Part shown: positions 28,566-37,947 of the stretch, piece by piece
How positions within the stretch are numbered: the stretch's first letter is position 1
Layout of the letters: each line of letters begins with the position of its first letter
IMG/VR virus record: IMGVR_UViG_3300028859_000017
Location: 16,323-80,322 of that record
DNA from: a virus
Direction: 5' to 3' (one strand)
DNA length: 64,000 nt
The notes under the pieces: generated by a model
The model's database searches: none
Told to the model about the DNA's origin: nothing
What the model saw: only the letters and a program-made list of their open reading frames with translations
Translations under genes and position numbers: made by a program

Positions 28566-30545
28566 CTATCTATTACGATTACTGAAGAAATTATTATGCA
28601 TTTCTGTGAGGGCTCTAAATTCCTCACTAAATATGTCATCTACTGAAAACTTTCTAGCTGTTGGAATAAGTGATATACTCTCTGCTAAACTATAACTATT
28701 ATCAAGTATTAAGCCTCCCATATTACCTATGAGGTCCTCTGCTGCTCTTTCACGTTCCCATTGCTCTACAGGATGTTGAAGGTCTAAATCCTCTACTCCA
28801 GTACCATCATATTCACCAGATTTTATTTTGTGATATAATATAAGTCTACTCTCCAACATATCCTTAGATATACCCATCTTATTAGAATGATACTCTAAAT
28901 ACTCATCACTATATCTGCCATTCATAAGAGAAGAACTAGCATCATATATTACATTAGAGTCTTCTTGAGGTCTATGAATATGTTCTTTTGGTGTTAGAGA
29001 AACAACAGCTAATGATAGAGCCAATACAGCATCATCATTACCGTGCTTAGCTTCCATTTTTCTAGAGCCATCAGAATATATGGCACCAGCTGTAAAATTC
29101 TGCATTTGTAATTGTAATCTAGAACTATGTAAATTAGAGGCATTGGCTGTATTATTATAAAATAATAATAACTTTTCTATAAGTAAAGACCTAGTTGCTC
29201 TATTAGTCTGAAATCCTGGAGTTCCTTTAATTGGATCATACCATATATTATTATATCTTTTTTGTTCTAATAAATAAAATACCATTTCTGAATAAGAGTT
29301 AGCTTCTATAACTAATATAGCATTATTGTAGTGTCTACCAGCACGTATTAGAATATCTACAAATACTTCAGTTGGTAATTTTCCAATATATTCAGCACAT
29401 TGTTCATAAGTATCTTGGTCGATAACTTGGAAACTAGTATAATCCTTTGCTGTAGGTTTATTAGAGGCACAATCTACCCCTATTATATATTTTCTATTTT
29501 GTTCTGCTTTTTTCCATACAAGAAAAGTATCCTCATAAGTAGCTCCACCATATATTTGATTTAATATAGGCACATTATAATTTATAGCTGCTAATGCTTT
29601 TACATCAAATAATGAAAATAAATTTACCTGGAAAGCACAAAGATACTCTTGTTTAAACTTCTCTTCATTACCATTATCAAGTCTAATCTGGTCCTGTCTA
29701 AAGTTAGGATTCTTTGTAAATATAGATGAAACTGTCCAAGGTAATTCAAATAACTTCCAATTAGTCTCTCCAGGTTTATTTAAAGTTTTATTTGCTTGAG
29801 CAGTTGATACAGTTCTATAAAACCAATTTTCTGGTGAATTACCATTAGGAGTACTAATAGCAATAAGTTTACCATCAGAAGCAGCCACAGTAGGACCAAT
29901 AGCTTTCACAACTTCATCACAATCCTTGACGAAAGCTGCTTCATCAAGTAATACAAGAGTGGCAGAGAACGAACGAGCAGCATTGGCATTTGAAGTAATG
30001 GCTTTTATTCTGGATTTAGTATCAAATTCTACTTCACTTTTACTATATAAAGTACAAGAAGGCTTTAGCCACTCAGGGAGAAACTCGTAAGCTGTTTTAA
30101 GCTTTACAATAAACTCTTCTGCTGATTCTCTTCTATGGGCAACAATTAAACATCTTTTACCAGTTGAAAATATAGAAAACCAAAGAGCATAAAACATTAG
30201 AGATGTAGAAACACCTAACTGTCTTGCCTTTACAGTAATGACATATTTTTCATCAACAAAGGCTCTTAATAAAGTTCTCTGATATGGCTCCAAAACCATA
30301 GGGATTATGCCAGCCCCACCCGGACCGGTTATAAATCCATAAGTATTAGCAAAATATTCAATACTTTCAATACATTTCTTACGTTCTGTCTCAATATATT
30401 CTATTAAACAAGCCTTAATCTCATCTTCATTCTTGCCTTCAACTCTCCAATGCTTTATAAGTCTCTGTGGCTCATAGGAAATATGATGCTTGTCTTCAAC
30501 TTCATGCTGATATTTCTTTGCTAAAACTTTTTTACCTGATGCCAT
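28566..30545 (-). CDS. gp17: terminase large subunit
   Basis: KARQLGVST Walker A, LLDEAAF Walker B, ISTPNG, FKQEY.C.F, IGVD, IEAN, HGNDD. Confidence 0.96.
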   Translation of the reverse strand: MASGKKVLAKKYQHEVEDKHHISYEPQRLIKHWRVEGKNEDEIKACLIEYIETERKKCIESIEYFANTYGFITGPGGAGIIPMVLEPYQRTLLRAFVDEKYVITVKARQLGVSTSLMFYALWFSIFSTGKRCLIVAHRRESAEEFIVKLKTAYEFLPEWLKPSCTLYSKSEVEFDTKSRIKAITSNANAARSFSATLVLLDEAAFVKDCDEVVKAIGPTVAASDGKLIAISTPNGNSPENWFYRTVSTAQANKTLNKPGETNWKLFELPWTVSSIFTKNPNFRQDQIRLDNGNEEKFKQEYLCAFQVNLFSLFDVKALAAINYNVPILNQIYGGATYEDTFLVWKKAEQNRKYIIGVDCASNKPTAKDYTSFQVIDQDTYEQCAEYIGKLPTEVFVDILIRAGRHYNNAILVIEANSYSEMVFYLLEQKRYNNIWYDPIKGTPGFQTNRATRSLLIEKLLLFYNNTANASNLHSSRLQLQMQNFTAGAIYSDGSRKMEAKHGNDDAVLALSLAVVSLTPKEHIHRPQEDSNVIYDASSSLMNGRYSDEYLEYHSNKMGISKDMLESRLILYHKIKSGEYDGTGVEDLDLQHPVEQWERERAAEDLIGNMGGLILDNSYSLAESISLIPTARKFSVDDIFSEEFRALTEMHNNFFSNRNR

Positions 30546-30546
30546 A

Positions 30547-31440
30547 TTATCTACCTATTATATCACTTATATCACTTATATAACTCTCTAAATTTTTCTC
30601 TTCTGTATAGGGTATTATGATTAGTTTTATATTATTCTCTTTGGCATATATCACTTTATCCATATCACGTTGTTTAGCTTTTAAATGCTGTTCTTCTGTT
30701 TTTTGAAAAAAATTTGGAAATATATAGTGCTGATAACCATGATACTCAAATGCTATTTTATGTTCTTCATTATAACCATCCCATTGATATCTATGTTTAT
30801 TATATTTAAAATTAGTCTTTATAAATTTAATATTTAGTTTTTGTTCTAATAACTCTTTACATTTATACTCTGTCTTAAAAGAGGCACATTCAGGACACCA
30901 TTGCCTTTGATCCTTTATAGCATGCCATATAGCATGCCATATAGCATGCCATTGATGACCCTCTTTACATTCCCATAGCATTTTAGTATTATTGTTTATA
31001 TAAACAGAGTCTAAACATTTTCCATTTCTTGATTTAGCATAATTACAGCACTCAGAAATATCGGATTTAACATTCCCGCAGCAATATGGGCACCAAGTAT
31101 TATCTGAGTTAACTACATGCCAACAAGAAAACCATGAGTGACCACTACTACATTCCCACTCCATCTTAGCTTTATTATTGGTGTAGTTAGTTGACTTCAG
31201 TTTTCCTCCTCTAGCTATAGCATAGGCTTGTAAAATCTCTATTGAAGTCCTAACACAACTATTACAAGTAGGACACCAAGTATTATGAAAGCTTACCTCA
31301 CTCCAGTTAGCCTTCCACTGATGACCCTTCTCACATTCCCATAACATCTTTGTTCTATTATTTATATAAACAATATCCAAGCATTTACCATTCTTAGATT
31401 TAGCATGCTCTTGACATACCTCTATAGTTCCTCTTCTCAC
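30547..31440 (-). CDS. zinc-repeat (3 units) endonuclease, paralogue of 17336..18568
   Basis: 3x WEC..GH.W...WCP.C with near-identical C-terminal nuclease domain. Confidence 0.85.
   Translation of the reverse strand: MRRGTIEVCQEHAKSKNGKCLDIVYINNRTKMLWECEKGHQWKANWSEVSFHNTWCPTCNSCVRTSIEILQAYAIARGGKLKSTNYTNNKAKMEWECSSGHSWFSCWHVVNSDNTWCPYCCGNVKSDISECCNYAKSRNGKCLDSVYINNNTKMLWECKEGHQWHAIWHAIWHAIKDQRQWCPECASFKTEYKCKELLEQKLNIKFIKTNFKYNKHRYQWDGYNEEHKIAFEYHGYQHYIFPNFFQKTEEQHLKAKQRDMDKVIYAKENNIKLIIIPYTEEKNLESYISDISDIIGR
30916..30951. repeat. 3 x 12-bp perfect tandem repeat (TATAGCATGCCA)
   Basis: Encodes WHAI-WHAI-WHAI within the third zinc unit. Confidence 0.95.
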
Positions 31441-31442
31441 TA

Positions 31443-31973
31443 CTACTCCTCTGATAGCAAATCAGTTATTGACGATTCCTTTAATGTATTTTTAGTATTT
31501 AAATGCTCTGTTTCAAAATCTAAAGAATCTTCAGCATCTATATCAATAGTTGTAAAAGGTAAAGTCTGTTGATGTGATTTTTTTTCATTTATAGATTTTT
31601 GTGTAGACACTGTAGCCCCTAAAGCCGCTCCCAAACCAATACCAGAGAGTATAGAATCAATATCGGTACCCTGAGACTTTTTCTTAGTACTAACATCAAT
31701 ACTTTTATCACTAACCAGAGTCTTAAGAATGTCATTACGTTTCTTAAAGGTATCCATTCTAATTTCATAGAATCTAGCTAAAGCTATTGCTAAAACAGCA
31801 TCAGTAGATTGTACCACCCTATCTTGGAGAATTTCGACAATAGCATCTAAGTCTGATGAAACTATTTCTAACTCACTAAGTTGTTTAGCTACTTCATCAT
31901 CTACTATGTTATTAGTTTTATCTATTCTTGACTCAGTTTTATTCTTCTTTATTTGTGGAGTAGTATCTGACAT
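31443..31973 (-). CDS. probable terminase small subunit (gp16-like position)
   Basis: 176 aa, helical, upstream of the large subunit and separated from it only by an endonuclease. Confidence 0.5.
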   Translation of the reverse strand: MSDTTPQIKKNKTESRIDKTNNIVDDEVAKQLSELEIVSSDLDAIVEILQDRVVQSTDAVLAIALARFYEIRMDTFKKRNDILKTLVSDKSIDVSTKKKSQGTDIDSILSGIGLGAALGATVSTQKSINEKKSHQQTLPFTTIDIDAEDSLDFETEHLNTKNTLKESSITDLLSEE

Positions 31974-31974
31974 C

Positions 31975-33291
31975 TTATAACTTTCTAAAAATTGTAATCA
32001 TTCTAAATCTATGATTAGTAGACTTACACATTCCTATTACAGCCTCTAAACTAAATTCATCCTTTCTATACATTGGAAGAACTTGGTCTAACCATACAAC
32101 ATAAGTTCCAGATACTAGCCCTCTTCCTAAGGCCTTCATTACTTTATTTCGTTTAATCATAGTAGTTTGATAGTGGTCACAATCCTCAACTGAATATGGA
32201 GGGTCTGCTAATACTAAATCAAAAGTAGCTAATGGAACATTAAGTAGTGATTGAGCATCGTCTACATAATCAGGATTATTAGCTGGATTTATATCTACAG
32301 TCTTACCAGGAAATATAACTGTATCAACTTTACCAGAAAACAAATGAAGAACATTCAATTTATCAGGAAAAAGTGCCTTAATACGTTTTAAATAGCCAGC
32401 TGGGTATGAATTATGAGAAGCCAAACCATAGGCTACAAAAGTTTTTGACTCTGTATTCATACCAATAAATTCATGGTCGGAATTAGTTGGAGTTATACAT
32501 TTAATTTTAATAACTCCATTTTTTATTGGTAATTTCGAATTTATCCAGCCATTTAACATTCTAATTGGCCTAGTAATTCCAAGAAGCATTAATGAATCTG
32601 AAAAATTGTTAGTTCTTGTTTCACATTGAACTTTGCCAGTTTTTCTGTGCCTCTCTTTAGAAACAAATGGAACTTTAAGCAATGTCAAAATATCTATTAT
32701 TTTACTTTGTACTAATCCTGGATTCTGTGTTATATTAATACGAAGCCCCGCGCCGGAATCTAAATTGCCTTCTCCATCAATAATTCCACCTAACCAACCA
32801 GCATCATTACTGTTGTCTACATTATCCCATTGATTACATACCGCTCTAATTAAATCTCCATTTTTAAGCTCATCTGCCCTTCTCCATGTAGTTCTATTTT
32901 TTGGTTTACTATTCCCATTAACTAGCCAAAGATGACTATTACTACAGATAAAATTCCTCCCGTCTTCTAATTCAATTTTTATTCCCGGTAAAGTTACTGG
33001 TCCCACATCAATTACCTTTGTTGGGTATACTGCTCTTTTATTTAAATTAATAATAGTTTCGTCAAATCCAACAAGCATATCACCCGCTTTGACTTTGGAC
33101 ATAGGAATCCATCGTAAATCAGCAGTAAGCACTGGAGCATCTGGTGCCAAACAGCCATAATAATCTTTTCTTGCTTGATAGTTATTGCCCATAATCCAAG
33201 TCCCTACAACCCTATCATCCTCTCCTATAAATAAAGACTTAGGAAATCCTGTCTCTTTTACATAATTTTCTATTCTTTCTTCCCAGTTCAT
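31975..33291 (-). CDS. amino (m6A/m4C) DNA methyltransferase interrupted by an intein
   Basis: Spliced product about 190 aa with LHLFSG (motif I) and LADPPY (motif IV). Confidence 0.85.
   Translation of the reverse strand: MNWEERIENYVKETGFPKSLFIGEDDRVVGTWIMGNNYQARKDYYGCLAPDAPVLTADLRWIPMSKVKAGDMLVGFDETIINLNKRAVYPTKVIDVGPVTLPGIKIELEDGRNFICSNSHLWLVNGNSKPKNRTTWRRADELKNGDLIRAVCNQWDNVDNSNDAGWLGGIIDGEGNLDSGAGLRINITQNPGLVQSKIIDILTLLKVPFVSKERHRKTGKVQCETRTNNFSDSLMLLGITRPIRMLNGWINSKLPIKNGVIKIKCITPTNSDHEFIGMNTESKTFVAYGLASHNSYPAGYLKRIKALFPDKLNVLHLFSGKVDTVIFPGKTVDINPANNPDYVDDAQSLLNVPLATFDLVLADPPYSVEDCDHYQTTMIKRNKVMKALGRGLVSGTYVVWLDQVLPMYRKDEFSLEAVIGMCKSTNHRFRMITIFRKL
32410..33153 (-). mobile_element. 248-aa intein with a single LAGLIDADG motif
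   Basis: YYG|CLAPDAPVLT...CSNSHLW (block B)...WLGGIIDGEG...FVAYGLASHN|SYP. Confidence 0.93.
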
Positions 33292-33292
33292 A

Positions 33293-34273
33293 TCATTCCT
33301 TATCTTCTATACTATCTGAAACATTTTGCTTTTGAGAGAATATTATTAGAGGTCCAAATGTCTCTTTTAATAACTCAAGAGCATCCTGAACCTCTTTTAT
33401 CTTAACACCACATTCATTTTTTAAAGTAAATACTAAATTATTTGCTAATCGTGGCCCTGCTTCTGGTATATGAATAAGTTCCAATAATTTTGTTATTATT
33501 TTTTTATTTAAAGGAGTTATTAAATCATCTTCTATGTTTGATAAATACTCTAAAACTAATAAAAATTCCTGGAAAATTATAGGGGCATCAGTAGAAAGAT
33601 AGGCTTCATTACCAAATAATCGTGAAATATTATCATAACTAACATTAGTGATTCGTTCAGCACCATAGTTCATAGTAATTGTAGTTATACCATAGTTTAA
33701 AATCATTACAAAATATGTGAATACTCTGGCATAAATTGGATTACCCCTATCATCAGTTCCTACAACTCTATTAGGGTCAAACTTATCCATGGCCTGAATA
33801 ATTTTTAATATGGCACTTTGAAAAATTTCCTCATATGCTAACCCATGCTTATGACGGGCATATTTGAAGATTACCCCATCGATAAGCTGATAACAATAAG
33901 TTAAAAAATCATTCCTATCATTATAGTCTTTACTATCATGCCATTTAGTCCATAAATATTTTCCTACATCCTCTATAAAATAGTTATTAGACTTCTTTCC
34001 TCTTTTCTTTTTATCGGCAAGTTCTGGATATCTTTCAGGATATAAGCTATATGCCTTTAATAGAAAAGAAGAACTATACTTATTATTAGGAAATTTATCA
34101 AGCATTTCACCAATAATTCGTTTTTCCATAAAGTCCACATCAATTTTAGAATATAGAATTACTCTATATCCGTGCTTAACATCTTTTCCAATATCATCTC
34201 GGTCTATGCCAAGATTATCATATATATTTTCATAAGTTGGTAAATTTACTTCAAAATTATTATCTATTTCCAA
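33293..34273 (-). CDS. phage sigma factor, gp55-like late sigma with N-terminal extension
   Basis: KKSNNYF...EEIFQSAILKIIQAMDKFDP...VFTYF, matching the sigma region 2 pattern. Confidence 0.75.
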   Translation of the reverse strand: MEIDNNFEVNLPTYENIYDNLGIDRDDIGKDVKHGYRVILYSKIDVDFMEKRIIGEMLDKFPNNKYSSSFLLKAYSLYPERYPELADKKKRGKKSNNYFIEDVGKYLWTKWHDSKDYNDRNDFLTYCYQLIDGVIFKYARHKHGLAYEEIFQSAILKIIQAMDKFDPNRVVGTDDRGNPIYARVFTYFVMILNYGITTITMNYGAERITNVSYDNISRLFGNEAYLSTDAPIIFQEFLLVLEYLSNIEDDLITPLNKKIITKLLELIHIPEAGPRLANNLVFTLKNECGVKIKEVQDALELLKETFGPLIIFSQKQNVSDSIEDKE

Positions 34274-34308
34274 AGCATACCTTCTTTAATTACTTAATTA
34301 TAACTACA

Positions 34309-34335
34309 ATATCGGATAAACTAAATTAATTCTTA
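34309..34335 (-). promoter_or_regulatory. sigma28/FliA-like promoter of the sigma gene
   Basis: TAAG-N15-TCCGATAT, followed by two AATTAA late-type motifs (34285-34300). Confidence 0.7.
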
Positions 34336-34339
34336 ATAT

Positions 34340-34373
34340 AAAAATACCCTAATTTAGTAAGAATTAGGGTATT
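34340..34373 (-). terminator. intrinsic terminator
   Basis: AATACCCTAATT-N7-AATTAGGGTATT with T tract on minus. Confidence 0.8.
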
Positions 34374-34398
34374 CAATATAGTAAGTAAGAAATAAAAA

Positions 34399-35460
34399 TT
34401 ATATAGTTATATTCTCTATTTGCTTATTAATATATTCCTCTAAATTATTATTTTCAGTATATGGAATAATTATTAATTTTATATTATTTTCATTAGCATA
34501 TATCACTTTATCCATATCTCTTTGAACTGCTTTTTCATGTATCTCTAAAGTTCTATGCCAATGATTAGGATAAATATAATGCTGAATTCCTTGATACTCA
34601 AAGGCTGCTTTATGTTCCTCATTATAGCCATCAAATTCATATCTATTACCCTTGTAAATAAAACGTGTCTTCTTAAATTTATAACCTAATTTTTGCTCTA
34701 AAAGTTCTTTACATTTATATTCTGTTTTAAAAGAAGAACATTCAGGGCACCAACTATGGTTATTTTTAATATTATCCCAAATAGCTTCCCACTGATGACC
34801 TTTTTCACACCCCCATACCATTTTTGTATTACTATTTATATATTTAGTGGATATTAATTTACCTTGTTTGCTAGAGGCAAATTGCTGTAACTCAATAATG
34901 CTACATTTTCGTAATTCAGCACAGCACTCTGGACACCAACTTTTGGAATTTTTAATGTGATCCCAACGAGCTTCCCATTGATGACCCTCTGAACACTCCC
35001 ATAATAATTTAGTATTATTATTTATATATTTAATAGATAATAGTCTTCCATTTTTATTTTCAGCATGTTTTTGTAACTCCTTTATATCACAAAGGGTGCT
35101 AGAACATGCTGGACACCACTGACCAGCATTTTTAATATTATTCCAACAAGCTTCCCATTGATGCCCCTCTGAACACTCCCATAATAATTTAGTATTATTA
35201 TTTATATATTTAGTGGATATTAATTTACCTTGTTTGCTAGAGGCATATTCCTGTAATTCAATTATATTAGGTTTAGCTTTTCCAGCACAATAAGGACACC
35301 AACTACCACTATTAATACTATTCCAATGAGCTTCCCATTGATGCCCATCTTTACATTGCCACAATAATTTATGCTTACTATCAACATATTCTGTAGATAA
35401 TAATAAGCCACCTTTAGCAGCAGCAAAGGCCTGTAAGGTAGCTACATCATATTTTTTCAT
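34399..35460 (-). CDS. zinc-repeat (4 units) endonuclease, paralogue of 17336..18568
   Basis: 4x W.C..GHQW...WCP.C plus EFDGY...AFEYQGIQH domain. Confidence 0.85.
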   Translation of the reverse strand: MKKYDVATLQAFAAAKGGLLLSTEYVDSKHKLLWQCKDGHQWEAHWNSINSGSWCPYCAGKAKPNIIELQEYASSKQGKLISTKYINNNTKLLWECSEGHQWEACWNNIKNAGQWCPACSSTLCDIKELQKHAENKNGRLLSIKYINNNTKLLWECSEGHQWEARWDHIKNSKSWCPECCAELRKCSIIELQQFASSKQGKLISTKYINSNTKMVWGCEKGHQWEAIWDNIKNNHSWCPECSSFKTEYKCKELLEQKLGYKFKKTRFIYKGNRYEFDGYNEEHKAAFEYQGIQHYIYPNHWHRTLEIHEKAVQRDMDKVIYANENNIKLIIIPYTENNNLEEYINKQIENITI

Positions 35461-36624
35461 TTAATCATCTATTCCAGATAAGTCAGCTATATCTCTAATA
35501 TCAGAAGCATCAGGAAGAATAGCCTCTTCAGAACCAGCTGAAAAATTAAGTTTCTCACTATAGCAATTACGCATCATTTTTAGAAAATGCTGCTTATTTT
35601 CCTCAGACTCGTTAAATAATTTAGTGAATGTATCAATAGAATTAAACTTTTTCTCGGAACCATCTGGCATGATAATAGTCTTCCAAGCAGCTTTACCCAT
35701 ATAATCAGCATCATTTAATAAATCATAGACAATATGTGGATTGTAATAACCACGGTCATCATAATACAAACGTAGCGGAATGGTCCTCCCTAAAGCAGCC
35801 GAGGACTTACATTTTATTATTTTTGTTCTCACGAAATGACCAGAAGGAAGCTTGGGGTCAGAGCCTATAAATTTACCTCTATCCATAAATAATCTAGAAA
35901 TACAGGCATAACGAACAGCATCTCCTCCAACAGTAGTATATACAGGTCCTTGCCAAGAACTAGTCATGCCACCAATTTGCTGTCTTACTTGATTTATAAT
36001 TAATACAGCTAGGTTAGTCTCACGGCACAGCATTTTAGTTCGTTTTAGACCTTTTGAAATCATTTTAGCAGTCATGGCCACAGTGCTTGTCTCATAATCA
36101 CTTTCTAATTCGGCCCTGGTGCTTAATCCTGCCAGGGAATCTAAAACTACTAAACTAGGAACAGATATATTTTTACGCTGAATATAATTAGCGATTTTTT
36201 CAATTTGAGCAAAAGCACGTTCTGCCAAATCCTCTACTGTAATAATACACTTTTTAGTGTCAACACCGAAATTTTCCATTCTAAACCGATCGCCTGACCC
36301 GCCCTCAGTGTCAATAAGGCAAGCAAGGCCACCAAGCTTCTGAACTTGAGCCAACATATGAATACCGAAGGAGCTCTTCCCCGACCCCTCTTTTCCCGAA
36401 ATTTCTGCCATAGCTCCCTGTATAAGGCCTCCTCCAAGTAAGAAATCTAACGAATCTATTCCAGTTGGTATAAAAGACCTTACAAAGTCTTCATCATCTA
36501 GTGCTGTATTGCCACCAAATTCCTTTCTCAATTGGCTCTTAAATTCGTCAAGGTCATTAAAATTATCGGTAGCATTAATGATACTTATATCTCTATCTAA
36601 TTTATTTGATTTTTTGGCTGGCAT
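35461..36624 (-). CDS. uvsX: RecA-like recombinase UvsX
   Basis: IPTG..SLD..LGGG, GKEGSGKS, IDTEG, VLDSLA, INQVR; start moved to ATG 36624 (GGAG SD, promoter upstream). Confidence 0.95.
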   Translation of the reverse strand: MPAKKSNKLDRDISIINATDNFNDLDEFKSQLRKEFGGNTALDDEDFVRSFIPTGIDSLDFLLGGGLIQGAMAEISGKEGSGKSSFGIHMLAQVQKLGGLACLIDTEGGSGDRFRMENFGVDTKKCIITVEDLAERAFAQIEKIANYIQRKNISVPSLVVLDSLAGLSTRAELESDYETSTVAMTAKMISKGLKRTKMLCRETNLAVLIINQVRQQIGGMTSSWQGPVYTTVGGDAVRYACISRLFMDRGKFIGSDPKLPSGHFVRTKIIKCKSSAALGRTIPLRLYYDDRGYYNPHIVYDLLNDADYMGKAAWKTIIMPDGSEKKFNSIDTFTKLFNESEENKQHFLKMMRNCYSEKLNFSAGSEEAILPDASDIRDIADLSGIDD

Positions 36625-36644
36625 TATGTCATCTCCATAGTATA

Positions 36645-36671
36645 TTATCGACAAATACAAGAAAAGCCTGA
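36645..36671 (-). promoter_or_regulatory. sigma28/FliA-like promoter of uvsX
   Basis: TCAG-N15-GTCGATAA. Confidence 0.7.
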
Positions 36672-36690
36672 GAGATATCCCAGGCACCTT

Positions 36691-36843
36691 CTATAGGTTA
36701 GTGATATAATCTTCTAAATTCTTTTCTTCTGTATAGGGTATTATTAATAATTTTATATTATTTTCTCTAGCATATTCTATCTTATCTAAATCACGTTGTT
36801 TTGCTGCTAAATGTCTAAGGTCTGTAATAGTATAAGTAATCAT
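36691..36843 (-). pseudogene. internally deleted fourth copy of the zinc-repeat endonuclease (50 codons)
   Basis: MITYTITDLRHLAAKQRDLDKIEYARENNIKLLIIPYTEEKNLEDYITNL; C-terminus nearly identical to the three intact copies. Confidence 0.85.
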
Positions 36844-36859
36844 AGGATATACCAGAAAT

Positions 36860-36890
36860 AAAAATGCCTACAAATTATCTTGTAGGCATT
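36860..36890 (-). terminator. intrinsic terminator after gp32
   Basis: AATGCCTACAA-N6-TTGTAGGCATT followed by T tract on minus. Confidence 0.8.
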
Positions 36891-36907
36891 CCATTATCTA
36901 GTCTTTA

Positions 36908-37774
36908 TTAGTCCTCATCCAAAAGTTTTCGCATTTCATCAAGGTCTATTTCACTACCTACTTCTGGTTCCTTTGACTGAGCCTTTCGTGGTTCTGGCTT
37001 ATACTTATCGAGCATTGCGTGTTCTATTTCAGCTTCATCAAGCTCTTCATCAGCCTCTACTGGAGTTGAACTAAATTCCTTAAACTTAGCAGCAAGTTCA
37101 GTATCATTGAGAGGAGAAACAACACTAGTGAGGTCTGGAGAAGCATCAACAAGAGAGTCCCAAATTTTCTTAGCATTTTTGCCATCAAAGGCAGCAGATG
37201 AATCGCCGAAATCCCAGCTGATCGTTGTAACCGTATTCTTTCCTGTGGCTTTGGTTTTTAGAAGCTCCACATCACGACCGGTCTGAAAATCAACAAAATC
37301 AATTTCCTTTTCTAGCTTGCTTTCAATAAGGCTCATTACCGACTGAGAAGAAGCTCTAACAATCTTAATATCATCAGAGGAAATGTTAGCTGGATCAATT
37401 TCATTTGGCTGAAAACCAACTAGCAAATAATGCTTTTTAGCAAATAACTTCTTAGCTGCTTCGAGATATTCCTTGTCATTAGTCTTTGTAAACTTACGAT
37501 AAGTCTTTGAGGCTAAATCACAGAAGGGGCAGAAACGATCCTCTGTTTGACGGGGGCAGGCAATACTCTCAAAATGACCATCAGGGAATGTGACAGCATG
37601 ATGATTAAAAATACTAATAGGAAGCTCTAGATTTTCTGACTTTAGTGGTAGAAATCTCAGAGTGTACTTATGACCAGCATCATACTTCATCCAATTGAGA
37701 CCAGAAGAAGCTTTCTTGGCCTTTGACTGTTCCATCTTCTGCTTAAACTTTTCGAAATTAGTAGTAGTAGCCAA
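36908..37774 (-). CDS. gp32: single-stranded DNA-binding protein
   Basis: LRFLP, H...CP....CPFC zinc site, D..TGRD, acidic C-terminus; probable TTG start at 37774 after AAAGGA. Confidence 0.9.
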   Translation of the reverse strand: MATTTNFEKFKQKMEQSKAKKASSGLNWMKYDAGHKYTLRFLPLKSENLELPISIFNHHAVTFPDGHFESIACPRQTEDRFCPFCDLASKTYRKFTKTNDKEYLEAAKKLFAKKHYLLVGFQPNEIDPANISSDDIKIVRASSQSVMSLIESKLEKEIDFVDFQTGRDVELLKTKATGKNTVTTISWDFGDSSAAFDGKNAKKIWDSLVDASPDLTSVVSPLNDTELAAKFKEFSSTPVEADEELDEAEIEHAMLDKYKPEPRKAQSKEPEVGSEIDLDEMRKLLDED

Positions 37775-37902
37775 TTTATTTCCTTTTGCGAACTTAATCG
37801 CTGAAAAGATACCCACTTAGGCATCAAAATTATTAATCATATAATTAATTCAGTAGTTTCTTGGTAGCTGTTTCTCTGTCTGCTACCCTTGCTACATAAC
37901 TA

Positions 37903-37929
37903 ATATCGGTAAGCACTCAGAAAACATGA
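37903..37929 (-). promoter_or_regulatory. sigma28/FliA-like promoter of gp32
   Basis: TCATGTTT-N11-ACCGATAT. Confidence 0.75.
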
Positions 37930-37947
37930 GAAAAAATTTTTGAAAAT

